The notes: a model not told the origin generated them from the letters alone. Positions 1 through 9,863 are shown, counted from the stretch's first letter. The stretch is 64,000 nucleotides of DNA from Minisyncoccota bacterium (GCA_035541415.1 DATKNI010000030.1:1621-65620), one strand, 5' to 3'. A program made the numbers and translations.

Positions 1-85
1 TAGAAACTTGAGTATAGCACGGATGGACGGCAAAAGTCAACAAGCCGAGAGTAATTATGTCGTTGGCATAACCCCGCGATGAGCG

Positions 86-1807
86 TTATTTGAGCACGCG
101 GGCGGTGTTCAAATACCACGTCGGCACTTCGAGGAAGCGGTCGGAGGGATCGCTCAAAAGCTGCGGCGCCACCCCTTGCACATCCTTGTCGGTCACATAG
201 GTGTAGTCCGGGGAATAGAGGAAGATCGCCGGATTGTCATTCACGATTTGGTTTTCGGCGAGGTTGTAGTCGTTCGTGATGGCGGTCGTCGAAGCATTTT
301 CGCGGGCGTCTTCGATCGCTTTATCAACTTTGGGATTGCTGTAGATCGAAAGATTGAGGCCCGGATAGAACCGTTCGGATGAATCCCAAAAGGCATAGAG
401 GTCGGAGCTCGGCCCGAGCACGTTGCCGAAGATCAGCGCTTCGTAATCGCGATTCTTGATATCCTGGTTCACGATCACGTCGGCCGATGCGGGCATGAGG
501 TTTACCTGGACGCCGAGCGACTCCCAGGTGTTCTGGATCACGGTTGCGGTCTTTGCGAGGAAATCGATTTCGGGAACGGTGAGATTGATGGCGAGCGGAA
601 TCACCGAATGATTCACGAGCTTGTAGCGGAATCCCGGCGGCACGGGCGTTTCCGTTACTGACGAACTCGCCGAAGCCGAGCCCGTATTCGTAGAGCTCGC
701 GTCGGTTGCGTCGGGCGCCGGCTGCATGACCCATCCGGCGTTGGTAAGCGTTGTGGATGCGAAGTCGAGCGACGACGTCGTTACGATGTTTATGGCGTAC
801 GGCGCATCCGGAGGAATGGGGCCGAAAGCGGGGACGGCGTGCGCGCCCCATACCTGGTTTACGATGTCCTGCCGGTCGAGGGAATCCGCGAGGGCCATGC
901 GGACCGCGGGATCCTGGAGCGCGAGATTTTTGCTCTGGTTGAAGAATACGGCGTAGTAACTCGATGTGCGCCATGAGAACGTGTCGTAGGGACGGTTAAT
1001 CTCTGAGACCGCCTCGGGCGATGCGTTGCCGAACGCGTCGATCTGGCCGCTGTTGAATGCCGCGACGAGCGAATTCTCGTCGTTGAAGAATTGAAAATTA
1101 AAATTCTGGATGAGCGGGTTGTCGCCGTTGCCGTTCCATGCGGCAAGATTATACGACGTGATGAAGCCGTTTGGAGCCTTATCGTACGAATCAAATTTGT
1201 ACGGGCCGCTGCCGATCGGCTTCAGATTGTATTCGGAAAGGTGCCAGTTGCCCGGCGGCGCGTCGGCAAACAGATGCTTCGGCAGGATGTATAAGTTTTT
1301 GAGCGTGTCGCCGAAGTTGGCGTACGGATTCACGAGATTAAACTGCACTTCAAGTTCGCTCACGCGGCTTGCGGCGACGCCTTGCCAGCTCGGATAGAGG
1401 GGGGATTGCGCATCGGGGTCCTGGATGGACTGGACCGTAAAGACGATGTCGTCGCTCGTGAGTTTTTGTCCGTCGTGCCAGGTGAGGCCGTCTTTCAAAT
1501 GCACCGTCCAGACGCGCGTGTCGGACGAGACCGAAACATTATCCGCGATCCCTTCGAGGTTGCTGTACACCATTTTTACGAGGCCGAGGTCGGTTTCCGA
1601 GGTGGCGATCACCGGGTTCACGTATTCCGGCTGGCCGATCATGCCCTCCGTGAAGTCGCCGCCGGCCGCCGGAACGGCGCGGGTGACGCTCACAAAGACG
1701 ATGCTCATCACGACGATAAAGCTCGCCACGGCGCCCGTGAACGCAATCACAAAAAGAACGCGCTCGCCGCGCGTGAACACCCCGAAAATTTTTTTAAACC
1801 AATTCAT
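86..1807 (-). CDS. ABC transporter substrate-binding protein, family 5 (oligopeptide/nickel type)
   Basis: 573-aa ORF with an N-terminal TM/signal anchor and an OppA/DppA-like SBP_bac_5 body. ATG start at 1805-1807. Confidence 0.75.
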   Translation of the reverse strand: MNWFKKIFGVFTRGERVLFVIAFTGAVASFIVVMSIVFVSVTRAVPAAGGDFTEGMIGQPEYVNPVIATSETDLGLVKMVYSNLEGIADNVSVSSDTRVWTVHLKDGLTWHDGQKLTSDDIVFTVQSIQDPDAQSPLYPSWQGVAASRVSELEVQFNLVNPYANFGDTLKNLYILPKHLFADAPPGNWHLSEYNLKPIGSGPYKFDSYDKAPNGFITSYNLAAWNGNGDNPLIQNFNFQFFNDENSLVAAFNSGQIDAFGNASPEAVSEINRPYDTFSWRTSSYYAVFFNQSKNLALQDPAVRMALADSLDRQDIVNQVWGAHAVPAFGPIPPDAPYAINIVTTSSLDFASTTLTNAGWVMQPAPDATDASSTNTGSASASSSVTETPVPPGFRYKLVNHSVIPLAINLTVPEIDFLAKTATVIQNTWESLGVQVNLMPASADVIVNQDIKNRDYEALIFGNVLGPSSDLYAFWDSSERFYPGLNLSIYSNPKVDKAIEDARENASTTAITNDYNLAENQIVNDNPAIFLYSPDYTYVTDKDVQGVAPQLLSDPSDRFLEVPTWYLNTARVLK

Positions 1808-1843
1808 ATAAAAAAGAACCTGCGAAAATGTACGCTCCGGAAA

Positions 1844-2059
1844 TTACGGGCGGTACAGCTGGACCACCGCCACGCCTACGAATGCAATGATAAGGATGAT
1901 CGTGAGATAGAAGATCGTCTTTTCCATGCCGCGGCGCGCTTGGTAGTAACCGCCGTCGCTCGAGCCGCCAAAGAGGCCGGACATGCCGGAAGAGCGCTCC
2001 TGGAGGAGGATGAGAATAATGATGAGGACGGCGAGTATGATTTGAATGATGGCGATCAT
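1844..2059 (-). CDS. secG: preprotein translocase subunit SecG
   Basis: 71 aa with two TM helices and the conserved LLQ...G.SGLFGG loop typical of SecG. Confidence 0.75.
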   Translation of the reverse strand: MIAIIQIILAVLIIILILLQERSSGMSGLFGGSSDGGYYQARRGMEKTIFYLTIILIIAFVGVAVVQLYRP

Positions 2060-2424
2060 ACGAGGATGTGAATTAAGAAGTTGACGGCGCTTACGACAAT
2101 CGTTGCGATGAAGAGCGCCGGAATGGATTGTATTGTAATCGTTCCATGGAGGAAGTCAATGTGCGACGAGGCGATCGGAAGAAGATAGAGGACAATCGCA
2201 TTCACGATGAGCACGCCGAGGCCGAGCGTGATCAGAATGATCGGCCCGAGGATGAGCGTGAGGAGCGGTTTGAGGAAGAAGTTCAGAATCGCGAGGATGA
2301 ATCCGAGAATGACGAACTGGAGGAATGTCGCGTTCATCGCAAAGCCCGGAACCCAGCGGTTTGCGAGCCATAAGGCAAAAGCGTTGCCGAGGGTGATGAG
2401 GACGACTTTTACGAGCCAGTGCAT
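2056..2424 (-). CDS. DUF360/YvlD-type 4-TM membrane protein (phage holin family IV-like)
   Basis: 122 aa, four hydrophobic helices, YvlD-like N-terminus (WLANRWVPGF). Overlaps the secG start by 4 nt. Confidence 0.5.
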   Translation of the reverse strand: MHWLVKVVLITLGNAFALWLANRWVPGFAMNATFLQFVILGFILAILNFFLKPLLTLILGPIILITLGLGVLIVNAIVLYLLPIASSHIDFLHGTITIQSIPALFIATIVVSAVNFLIHILV

Positions 2425-2446
2425 ATGAATAATAATACCACTCCGG

Positions 2447-3988
2447 CTACAGGAGTTCTTCGAGGAGGCTCGTCCCGGTCATCTCGGCCGGTTTCTCGAT
2501 GCCCATGAGCGCGAGGAGCGTCGGCGCGACATCGGCGAGCGACCCGGCGCTCTGGGTGGCGAGATGCTCCGCTCCCACAAACTTTCTTCCTTTGAGTTCC
2601 GGAGCAATGAGATGCAGCGGCACCGGACTCGCGTCGTGCTGGCTTTCCGGCAGGCCGGTCGTGAGGCTGAGCATCTCCTCGATGTTCCCGTGATCGGCGG
2701 TGATGGCGAGGAGGACTTCCGGGTCGTCGCCGATGGCTTTTATGACGCGGTCGATCTCGCGGTCGATGATGCGGACTGCCTCGAGCGATGCGTTGTAGTC
2801 CGCGGTGTGCGCGATCGCGTCGGCGTTCGCATAATTTACGAGAATGAACGAAAAGCCCTTGCTGTGGATCGCTTCAATGAGGCGGTCGGTGATCGCTTTG
2901 GCCATCATTTCGGGATGCTCCTGCGGATGCAAGCTTGAATCGGTTGGAACGAGCGTCCGGTATTCGCCGGGGAACGGAGGTTCAACGAGGCCGTTGAAAA
3001 AATAGGTGACGTGCGCGTATTTATACGTCTCCGCGATTCGCAGCTGGGCGAGGCCTTTGTCAGAGATCACTTTTCCGAACGGGATCGTAACCCGGTCCGC
3101 TTCAAAGAGCACGGGCGCTTTCAAACTGTCTTCGTAGTGCGTCATGGTGGCAATGAAAAGATCGTTGAACGGAACCGTCGGGAACTCCTGGAACGGTTTC
3201 ATGATGAACGAAGTCGCGATCTGCCGGATGCTGTCCTCGCGATAATTGAAAAAGATGAGCGCGTCGCCGTCTTTGATCCGCTTCTCATCCGAAAACCGAA
3301 TCGGCGCGAGATATTCTTCGGTGAGTCCCTGCTTGTAATTCGCTTCAATGAGCGGCGTCGGGTCGTTGACGAGCGGGCCGAGCTCCTGCGTCATCGTTTG
3401 GTAGGCGGTCTGCGTGAGGCGCCAATTGCCGTTGCGGTCCATCGCGTAATAGCGGCCGACGAGCGACGCCATGTATTCCCGGGGGATTTCCTTCAAAAAT
3501 CCTTCGAGTGATTTTGGGGGACTGTCTTTGCCGTCGGCAAAAAGATGGAGATTGATGTTTTTGATGCCGGCCGTTTCGGCCATGGCGATGAGCGCCTTCA
3601 GATGATCGATCGAGGCGTGCACATTCGCTTTCGTGAGGAGCCCCGCAAAATTGATCGCCGAATTATTTTTTTTGACGTGGTCGAATGACTGTATCAAGAC
3701 GGGATTCTGCATGAAGCTCCCGTCGCGGATCGCCATGGTGATCTTCGGAAAATACTGATAGAGCACTTTGCCCGCGCCGAGCGTGAGGTGCCCGACTTCG
3801 CTGTTGCCGACTTCGCCCCAAGGGAGCCCGACGGCGATCCCCGAAGCCTGCAGGCTCGTCAGGGGATAATTCTGCGCGAGATATTCGAACGTCGGCGGTT
3901 TTACGACATAGATGGGATTCGATTCGTTATTGGCTCCGATGCCCCATCCGTCGAGCACCACGAGAACCGTCGTTTTCTTGGCTGCCAT
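2447..3988 (-). CDS. gpmI: 2,3-bisphosphoglycerate-independent phosphoglycerate mutase
   Basis: 513 aa. N-terminal VLDGWGI and the metal-binding ADHGN motif are characteristic of iPGM. Confidence 0.9.
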   Translation of the reverse strand: MAAKKTTVLVVLDGWGIGANNESNPIYVVKPPTFEYLAQNYPLTSLQASGIAVGLPWGEVGNSEVGHLTLGAGKVLYQYFPKITMAIRDGSFMQNPVLIQSFDHVKKNNSAINFAGLLTKANVHASIDHLKALIAMAETAGIKNINLHLFADGKDSPPKSLEGFLKEIPREYMASLVGRYYAMDRNGNWRLTQTAYQTMTQELGPLVNDPTPLIEANYKQGLTEEYLAPIRFSDEKRIKDGDALIFFNYREDSIRQIATSFIMKPFQEFPTVPFNDLFIATMTHYEDSLKAPVLFEADRVTIPFGKVISDKGLAQLRIAETYKYAHVTYFFNGLVEPPFPGEYRTLVPTDSSLHPQEHPEMMAKAITDRLIEAIHSKGFSFILVNYANADAIAHTADYNASLEAVRIIDREIDRVIKAIGDDPEVLLAITADHGNIEEMLSLTTGLPESQHDASPVPLHLIAPELKGRKFVGAEHLATQSAGSLADVAPTLLALMGIEKPAEMTGTSLLEELL

Positions 3989-4054
3989 CCCATTATTTTA
4001 AATGAAAACCTGATTTTTAGTAATTTTGCGGCGTTTTGCGGGCCGGCGGCGCGA

Positions 4055-4083
4055 TTGACCCGGCCTTTTGGAAGCGATATTAT
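4055..4083 (+). promoter_or_regulatory. sigma70-like promoter upstream of rny (TTGACC-17-TATTAT)
   Basis: Read directly: -35 TTGACC at 4055-4060, 17-bp spacer, -10 TATTAT at 4078-4083, in the gpmI/rny divergent intergenic region. Confidence 0.4.
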
Positions 4084-4139
4084 ATGAGTACCGAAAAGTC
4101 ATTAAAAAATTATGAAATTTGCAGCCACTACGTACTCAT

Positions 4140-5666
4140 ATGGATACCACCACATTCTTAGTGGCGGTGATCACGCTTGGCGTGGGAGCCGCCGTCGGGT
4201 ATATCGCGAGGAAAGTTTGGGCACAAAAGCAGCTCGGGGGAGTCGAAGAACAAATCAAAAAGAATCTTGCTGACGCGGAGACGCGCGGCAAGGAAATCGT
4301 CCTTGAGGCAAAAGAAAAAGCTGCCTCGCTTTTGGTCGAATGGAAGAACGAAGAAAAAGACCGCCGCCGCGAGATCGACGAGATTGAGAAGCGGGTTCTT
4401 CAGCGCGAGGAATCGCTCGATAAAAAACTGAACGATCTGACCACGGAGCAATCCAAGGTTCGCAGCCATGAAGACGCCATAAAGGCCCGCGAAGAGGAGC
4501 TCGCCAAGCGGGAAGGGGAGATCGGGTCGCGCATCGAGAAGGTGAGCGGCATGACCGTTGCCGAAGCGCGCGAAGAAATTTTCCGCCGCGCAAAAGATGA
4601 CCGTTCCCAGGATCTCGCCCAGCTCATCCAAAAAATGGACCGCGAGAACCGCGAGGAGATCGAGAAGAAAGCCGCCGACATCATTACGACCGCGCTTCAG
4701 CGCTATGCGCGCTCGCACGTCGCCGAAATTACGACGACGCTTTTCCCGCTCCACGATGAAGAACTGAAAGGCAAGATCATCGGACGCGAAGGCCGCAACA
4801 TCCGCGCGCTCGAACGCGCGACGGGCGTGGAATTCATCATTGACGAAGCGCCGGATGCCATCATCATCTCATCGTTTGATCCGTACCGCCGCGAGACGGC
4901 GCGCATGGCGCTCGAAAAGCTCGTGAAAGACGGCCGCATCCAGCCGGCCAAGATCGAAGAAAAAGTTGAGGAGGCGAAAGCCGAACTCAACAAGCGGTCG
5001 CAGGAAATTGGAGAACAAGCCGCACAGGACCTTGGCGTCTTTGATCTGCCGAAAGAGCTTCTCCAGCTCCTCGGCCGCCTGCATTTCCGCACGAGCTTCG
5101 GACAGAACGTTCTCGTGCACTCGGTTGAGATGGCGTACATCAGCGAAATGATGGCGCGCGAACTCGGCTTGAATCCCGAAGTCGCCAAGAAAGGCGCATT
5201 GCTCCACGACATCGGCAAGGCGATCGACCACGAAGTGGAAGGCACGCATGTCGACCTCGGCATGAAGCTTCTCAAGAAATACAACGTGGATGAACGGGTG
5301 ATCGAAGCGATGCAATCGCACCACGAAGATTATCCGTATGCCCGGCCCGAAGCCTACGTCGTCACGGCGGCAGACGTTTTGAGCGCCGCACGTCCGGGCG
5401 CCCGGCGCGGCACGCTTGAGACGTACATCAAGCGCCTTGCCGACCTTGAACGCATCGCAAACGAATTCCCTGGCGTCAAAAACTCCTACGCCATCGCGGC
5501 CGGCCGCGAGCTCCGGGTTTTCGTGGTTCCTGAAAAAATCGACGATTTCCGAGCCCTGGAGCTTGCCCGTGAAATAGCCAATAAAATCCAAGCGGAACTC
5601 AAATATCCGGGTGAAATCAAAGTGAACGTGATCCGGGAAATCCGCGCCGTCGAATATGCCCGGTAG
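4140..5666 (+). CDS. rny: ribonuclease Y
   Basis: N-terminal TM helix, coiled-coil region, KH domain and HD domain (LHDIGK...H..G). ATG at 4140 preferred over the in-frame TTG at 4119. Confidence 0.9.
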   Translation: MDTTTFLVAVITLGVGAAVGYIARKVWAQKQLGGVEEQIKKNLADAETRGKEIVLEAKEKAASLLVEWKNEEKDRRREIDEIEKRVLQREESLDKKLNDLTTEQSKVRSHEDAIKAREEELAKREGEIGSRIEKVSGMTVAEAREEIFRRAKDDRSQDLAQLIQKMDRENREEIEKKAADIITTALQRYARSHVAEITTTLFPLHDEELKGKIIGREGRNIRALERATGVEFIIDEAPDAIIISSFDPYRRETARMALEKLVKDGRIQPAKIEEKVEEAKAELNKRSQEIGEQAAQDLGVFDLPKELLQLLGRLHFRTSFGQNVLVHSVEMAYISEMMARELGLNPEVAKKGALLHDIGKAIDHEVEGTHVDLGMKLLKKYNVDERVIEAMQSHHEDYPYARPEAYVVTAADVLSAARPGARRGTLETYIKRLADLERIANEFPGVKNSYAIAAGRELRVFVVPEKIDDFRALELAREIANKIQAELKYPGEIKVNVIREIRAVEYAR

Positions 5667-5671
5667 GTCCA

Positions 5672-5702
5672 CCCAGCACCACTTTTATAAAGCGGTGCTG
5701 GG
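5672..5702 (+). terminator. GC-rich hairpin downstream of rny (cccagcacc...ggtgctggg)
   Basis: 9-bp perfect stem with a 13-nt loop, read directly. No clear U-tract, so weak. Confidence 0.3.
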
Positions 5703-5744
5703 CCGGACTTGCATAAATAAACCGTATGATATACTGATACCCAT

Positions 5745-7226
5745 ATGGATTCCATCTTTAATTATCCGCTCGTAACGTCGGTTCTTGCGGCATTGCTCCT
5801 GGTCGGCATCGTCGGAAAGTTTCTCAAGTTCTCGTTCGAAAAAATAACGCGGTGGTACCTCTACGTCGCGGTACTCGCCGTCGCGGTTGTGATGGATTCG
5901 ATCTTCTTCCCGTTCATCGGAGGAAAAGATTGGTTTTTCCGCTTCTCAACCGAGCTCGCGCTCATTTCTGCCGTCATGTGGTGGGCCTTTGAAGCCCGTG
6001 CCGGGGAAGTGAAGCAGCTCATCACGACAACCTACAAGAAGCCGCTCGTGATTGCGGTGACGATATTCGTTGTCGCATTCCTCCTTGCGTGCGTCTTTGC
6101 GCTCGATATCCACGCCGCATTTTGGTCAAACTTTGAGCGTGGCGAAGGCGGTTTCCAGATGATCCACTATTATCTCTTCTTCATGCTCCTCGTCATGTTT
6201 ATGAAAGATGAGGCTGATTGGAAGAATCTTTTCCGCTTCTCGCTCGTCGCGGCAGGGCTTATGATCGGCTACGGCCTCCTCGGCAACTTCATGGTTGGCG
6301 GTTTCATCGGCCCGTACGCGGGCGGGGGAGCGCCGACGACGGGATGGTTCCATGTTTTGATCGATGGCCGCTTCCAGGGATCGCTTGGCAATCCTGCCTA
6401 TGTAGCGCCGTATCTCATGTTCGCGATATTCTTTGCGGCATGGCTCTGGCTTTCCACAAAGCGCGATAAATCAAATGCCAACCTTGCGGCATGGGGTTAC
6501 AGCTTGCTCATCGTCGCATTCCTTTTCTTCTTCATGCTCACGCAAACTCGCGGCGCGCTCCTCGGCCTTGTCCTTGGAATCGTTGCGCTCCTTCTCTACT
6601 TTGCATTCACCGGCAGCCCGAGAGCAAAGAAATGGACGGCCGCCGTCGCGCTGCTGCTCATCGTCCTCGGCATCGGCGCGTATGCGGAGCGCAACAGTGC
6701 GTTCGTGCAGAAGCTGCCGGAGGGCCGCCTCCTTCAACTCAGCGCTTCCGACTACACCGCGCAGACCCGCTTCTGGGTTTGGCAGGAAGCCTGGAAAGGA
6801 TTTTTGGAACGCCCGGTTTTCGGCTGGGGTCCGGAAAACTTCACGGCGGTTTACGACAAATTCTTTGATCCGCGTTTCTATGTCCCGGGACAGAACACCG
6901 AGACGTGGTTTGACCGCGCGCACAGCGTCTACTTCGATTATCTTTCCGAGACCGGCATCGTAGGCTTGCTCGCATATCTTTCGATCTTTGCAACGTTCTT
7001 CTGGGAATTCTTCCGCCGCAGGAATCTCCACAAGCGCGCGGAGCACGGGGGAACGACCACGCTCCTTCGCGGCGCATTGCTCGCCATGCCGATCGCATAT
7101 CTCGTGCAAGGCGCGGCAATCTTCGACGTGTTCCCGATGTATCTTTGTCTCTTCACCTTCCTTGGATTTGCAACATACTATTTCTCCGTCCATCGTCGTG
7201 AGGATGTAACGGCAAACGCCAACTAG
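5745..7226 (+). CDS. O-antigen ligase (Wzy_C) family polytopic membrane protein
   Basis: 493 aa and more than 10 TM segments, with a periplasmic loop of the O-antigen ligase/polymerase type. It is the first gene of the glycan island. Confidence 0.55.
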   Translation: MDSIFNYPLVTSVLAALLLVGIVGKFLKFSFEKITRWYLYVAVLAVAVVMDSIFFPFIGGKDWFFRFSTELALISAVMWWAFEARAGEVKQLITTTYKKPLVIAVTIFVVAFLLACVFALDIHAAFWSNFERGEGGFQMIHYYLFFMLLVMFMKDEADWKNLFRFSLVAAGLMIGYGLLGNFMVGGFIGPYAGGGAPTTGWFHVLIDGRFQGSLGNPAYVAPYLMFAIFFAAWLWLSTKRDKSNANLAAWGYSLLIVAFLFFFMLTQTRGALLGLVLGIVALLLYFAFTGSPRAKKWTAAVALLLIVLGIGAYAERNSAFVQKLPEGRLLQLSASDYTAQTRFWVWQEAWKGFLERPVFGWGPENFTAVYDKFFDPRFYVPGQNTETWFDRAHSVYFDYLSETGIVGLLAYLSIFATFFWEFFRRRNLHKRAEHGGTTTLLRGALLAMPIAYLVQGAAIFDVFPMYLCLFTFLGFATYYFSVHRREDVTANAN

Positions 7227-7232
7227 AAAACC

Positions 7233-7880
7233 ATGCAAGAAGATCGCACCTATAAACAGCTCGCTGCCATCATCATCGCCGTTGTGATCCTCGGCTTTGC
7301 ATACTACGGATCGTATCTTCCGATGCGCAAAGCGCAGGCGTTCATCTCAACGCTCCAAGGGCTGCAGACGAGCCCCGCGACATCCCTTCAGGATCTCGAA
7401 ACCCGCGTGAGCGGCCCGCTCAACAAAACGTCTCCGATCGGCCAGGAGGAAATCGTCCGCAACCTCGCAAACAGCGTCCTCTCGTTCGTCCAGCAAGCAG
7501 GCACCACGACCTCGACCCAGCAGCTCGTTCAATTTCTCGACAACTACTACGATCCGATCTTGAACCGCGGCAAAGGCATGAGCTTTGGCCAGGACCTTTA
7601 TCTTGAAGGCGCCGTGAACGAAGTTGCGTTTGTACAGACCGGAGGCTCCCAATATTTGAAAGACGCGCAGCACTGGTACGAATTGGGCGAACAGCTTGGC
7701 CCGAACCGCCCGCAGCCGCTCTACGGTCTCTTTGACGTCTATCGCGCCGAAAACAATGTGACGGGCACGATTGCGGTGGCAAACAAGATTCTCACGAACT
7801 GGCCCGGCGATACCCGCATCGAAACAAGCCTCGTGCAGTTCCTGCAATCGACAACGCCGACGTCCACGAAAAAGAAATAG
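7233..7880 (+). CDS. hypothetical membrane-anchored protein
   Basis: 215 aa, a single N-terminal TM, no recognisable domain. Translationally coupled to neighbours in the glycan operon. Confidence 0.4.
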   Translation: MQEDRTYKQLAAIIIAVVILGFAYYGSYLPMRKAQAFISTLQGLQTSPATSLQDLETRVSGPLNKTSPIGQEEIVRNLANSVLSFVQQAGTTTSTQQLVQFLDNYYDPILNRGKGMSFGQDLYLEGAVNEVAFVQTGGSQYLKDAQHWYELGEQLGPNRPQPLYGLFDVYRAENNVTGTIAVANKILTNWPGDTRIETSLVQFLQSTTPTSTKKK

Positions 7881-7893
7881 TTTGCCCTAACGA

Positions 7894-8889
7894 ATGGCTC
7901 CGGGACAAAAAACAGCAATGGTGTTCGGCGCCGGCGGCTTTATCGGCGCTCACCTGGTCCGCCGCCTCAAGCGGGAAGGCTATTGGGTGCGCGGCGCCGA
8001 TTGGAAAGAGCCGGGATTCAGCAAAACGGAAGCCGACGAATTCATGGTCGGCGACCTTTCTGATCCGGACGTGATCAGGCAAACGTTCGACCGTCCTTTT
8101 GACGAACTGTACCAGCTGGCTGCCGACATGGGCGGCGCTGGTTTTGTTTTTACCGGCGATCACGACTCCGAAATCATGACGACGTCGGCTGGCATCAATG
8201 TGAATGTGGTGAAGTACGGCATCGCGCAGGGAAAAGGGCCAATCAAAAAAATATTTTATTCGTCTTCCGCGTGCATGTATCCTGCCTATAATCAGGAAGA
8301 CCCGAATAATCCAAAGTGCTCTGAGGAATCCGCCTATCCTGCGGCTCCCGACAGTGAATACGGCTGGGAAAAATTATTCAGCGAACGGTTGTATCTTGCC
8401 GCGCATCGGAACTTCGGCACCGAAATCCGCATCGCGCGGTTCCACAATATTTTCGGTCCCGAAGGGACGTGGAACAGCGGCCGCGAGAAAGCGCCCGCGG
8501 CAATGTGCCGCAAAGTTGCGGAGACTCCCGACGGAGGCGAAATCGAAATGTGGGGCGACGGCAAACAGACCCGTTCGTTTTTGTATATCGACGAATGTCT
8601 TGAAGGCGTGAGCCGCCTAATGAAGTCTGGTTTTACGGGGCCGGTGAATATCGGTTCGGAGGAAATGGTCACGATCAACCAGCTCGCCGAAATGGTGATG
8701 AAGATCGGCCGCAAAAAACTTTCTATAAAACATATTCCCGGGCCGCTCGGCGTGCGCGGGCGCAATTCCGATAACCGCCTCATCAAAGAAAAGCTCGGCT
8801 GGGCGCCGAGCACCAAGCTCGAAGACGGGCTCCGCAAGACCTACGAGTGGGTTTACGCGCAGGCGAAAGCCGCAGGAACGGCAAAATAA
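7894..8889 (+). CDS. GDP-mannose 3,5-epimerase (plant GME-type SDR)
   Basis: GAGGFIG Rossmann motif, SSSACMYP, and long colinear identity to plant GME (RFHNI.GP.GTW..GREKAPAA.CRK, GPLGVRGRNSDN.LIKEKLGWAP). Confidence 0.8.
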   Translation: MAPGQKTAMVFGAGGFIGAHLVRRLKREGYWVRGADWKEPGFSKTEADEFMVGDLSDPDVIRQTFDRPFDELYQLAADMGGAGFVFTGDHDSEIMTTSAGINVNVVKYGIAQGKGPIKKIFYSSSACMYPAYNQEDPNNPKCSEESAYPAAPDSEYGWEKLFSERLYLAAHRNFGTEIRIARFHNIFGPEGTWNSGREKAPAAMCRKVAETPDGGEIEMWGDGKQTRSFLYIDECLEGVSRLMKSGFTGPVNIGSEEMVTINQLAEMVMKIGRKKLSIKHIPGPLGVRGRNSDNRLIKEKLGWAPSTKLEDGLRKTYEWVYAQAKAAGTAK

Positions 8890-9792
8890 ATGATCACAAC
8901 GTTTTTCCGCGGCGGCCTCGGCAACCAGATGTTCCAGTACGCAGCGGGCCTCGCGCTTGCCAAACGGAACGGCGCCGATTTTTTTTGCGATATCACGCAT
9001 ATAAACGACCGTTTTCCGCGCCGAAATTTTACGTATCGCACATTCGACCTGCCGAAAGTTTTTTCGATTGAACCGCGCTACACGGCGCTTTCAAAACTTT
9101 CCCAGGCGCTTCCGATCCCGGGCGTATGGCTCGGCATCGATTTGCTTTTTATGAATATCCGCGAGGAGTTCCATCAGCTCGAAATTATTTACGAAGACAA
9201 GCGATTGGAATTTGATCCTGCGGTTCTTGCCGCAAAAGGCAACGTGATGCTTTACGGCCGTTGGGAAAATGAAAAATATTTTAAGGATACCGAAGCCGAC
9301 GTGCGCCAGGCGTTCCGGTTCCGCAATCTTTTAACGGGTGAAGCGTCGCTCGTCGCAAAACAGATCGAGTCGTCGAATTCCGTTTCCATCCACGTGCGAC
9401 GCGGCGATTACGCCGCATTCAAAAATGTCCAGCAGACGATGGGGGAGACGAATATCAATTATTATCACGATGCGTTGCGCCACATGGCGTCGCGCGTGCA
9501 AAATCCGCGATTCTTTGTTTTCTCAGACGACGTCGAGTGGTGCAAAAAGAATCTGCCCCAGGAATTTTCGTATACCTTCGCCGAACCGACGAGCGCGGGG
9601 CCGCATGCGGCATTCCACCTCGAGCTCATGTCGCGCTGCAAGCACAACATCATCGCAAACAGCACGTTCAGCTGGTGGGGCGCATGGCTCAATGCCAATC
9701 CCGGCAAAATGGTGATTGCGCCAAAGCGCTGGTATGCAGATCCGGCGCTCGCGGGGAGCGACATTGTTCCTGTGGGGTGGGAGCGGCTGTAA
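8890..9792 (+). CDS. alpha-1,2-fucosyltransferase (GT11)
   Basis: N-terminal GGLGNQMFQYA motif diagnostic for glycosyltransferase family 11. ATG overlaps the upstream stop (taaATG). Confidence 0.8.
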   Translation: MITTFFRGGLGNQMFQYAAGLALAKRNGADFFCDITHINDRFPRRNFTYRTFDLPKVFSIEPRYTALSKLSQALPIPGVWLGIDLLFMNIREEFHQLEIIYEDKRLEFDPAVLAAKGNVMLYGRWENEKYFKDTEADVRQAFRFRNLLTGEASLVAKQIESSNSVSIHVRRGDYAAFKNVQQTMGETNINYYHDALRHMASRVQNPRFFVFSDDVEWCKKNLPQEFSYTFAEPTSAGPHAAFHLELMSRCKHNIIANSTFSWWGAWLNANPGKMVIAPKRWYADPALAGSDIVPVGWERL

Positions 9793-9839
9793 TTGAAATT
9801 CCTGCGCCGTTTCTTTTGGGGCTGGATTAAATTATAAAA

Positions 9840-9856
9840 AACCAATATTATTGGTT
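9840..9856 (+). promoter_or_regulatory. 17-bp perfect palindrome (aaccaatattattggtt) overlapping the gmd TTG/ATG start region
   Basis: Read directly; a perfect inverted repeat centred at 9848 between the GT11 gene and gmd. Confidence 0.3.
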
Positions 9857-9863
9857 GGTACCT

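Noticed and set aside
324-974. Long antisense/alternate-frame ORFs throughout the window (e.g. 324..974-, 4703..5284-, 6471..7238-, 40438..41028-, 41044..41985-, 54949..55716-, 56541..57059-)
   Set aside because: They lie wholly inside well-supported genes (SBP, rny, O-antigen ligase, groEL, S53, gyrB) on the opposite strand or in other frames. They are Arg/Ser/Pro/Ala-rich as expected for spurious ORFs in ~57% GC DNA and have no motif support.
4119-4139. TTG-initiated N-terminal extension of RNase Y (MQPLRTH)
   Set aside because: The in-frame ATG at 4140 begins directly with the canonical RNase Y membrane helix. The TTG extension adds polar residues with no SD support.
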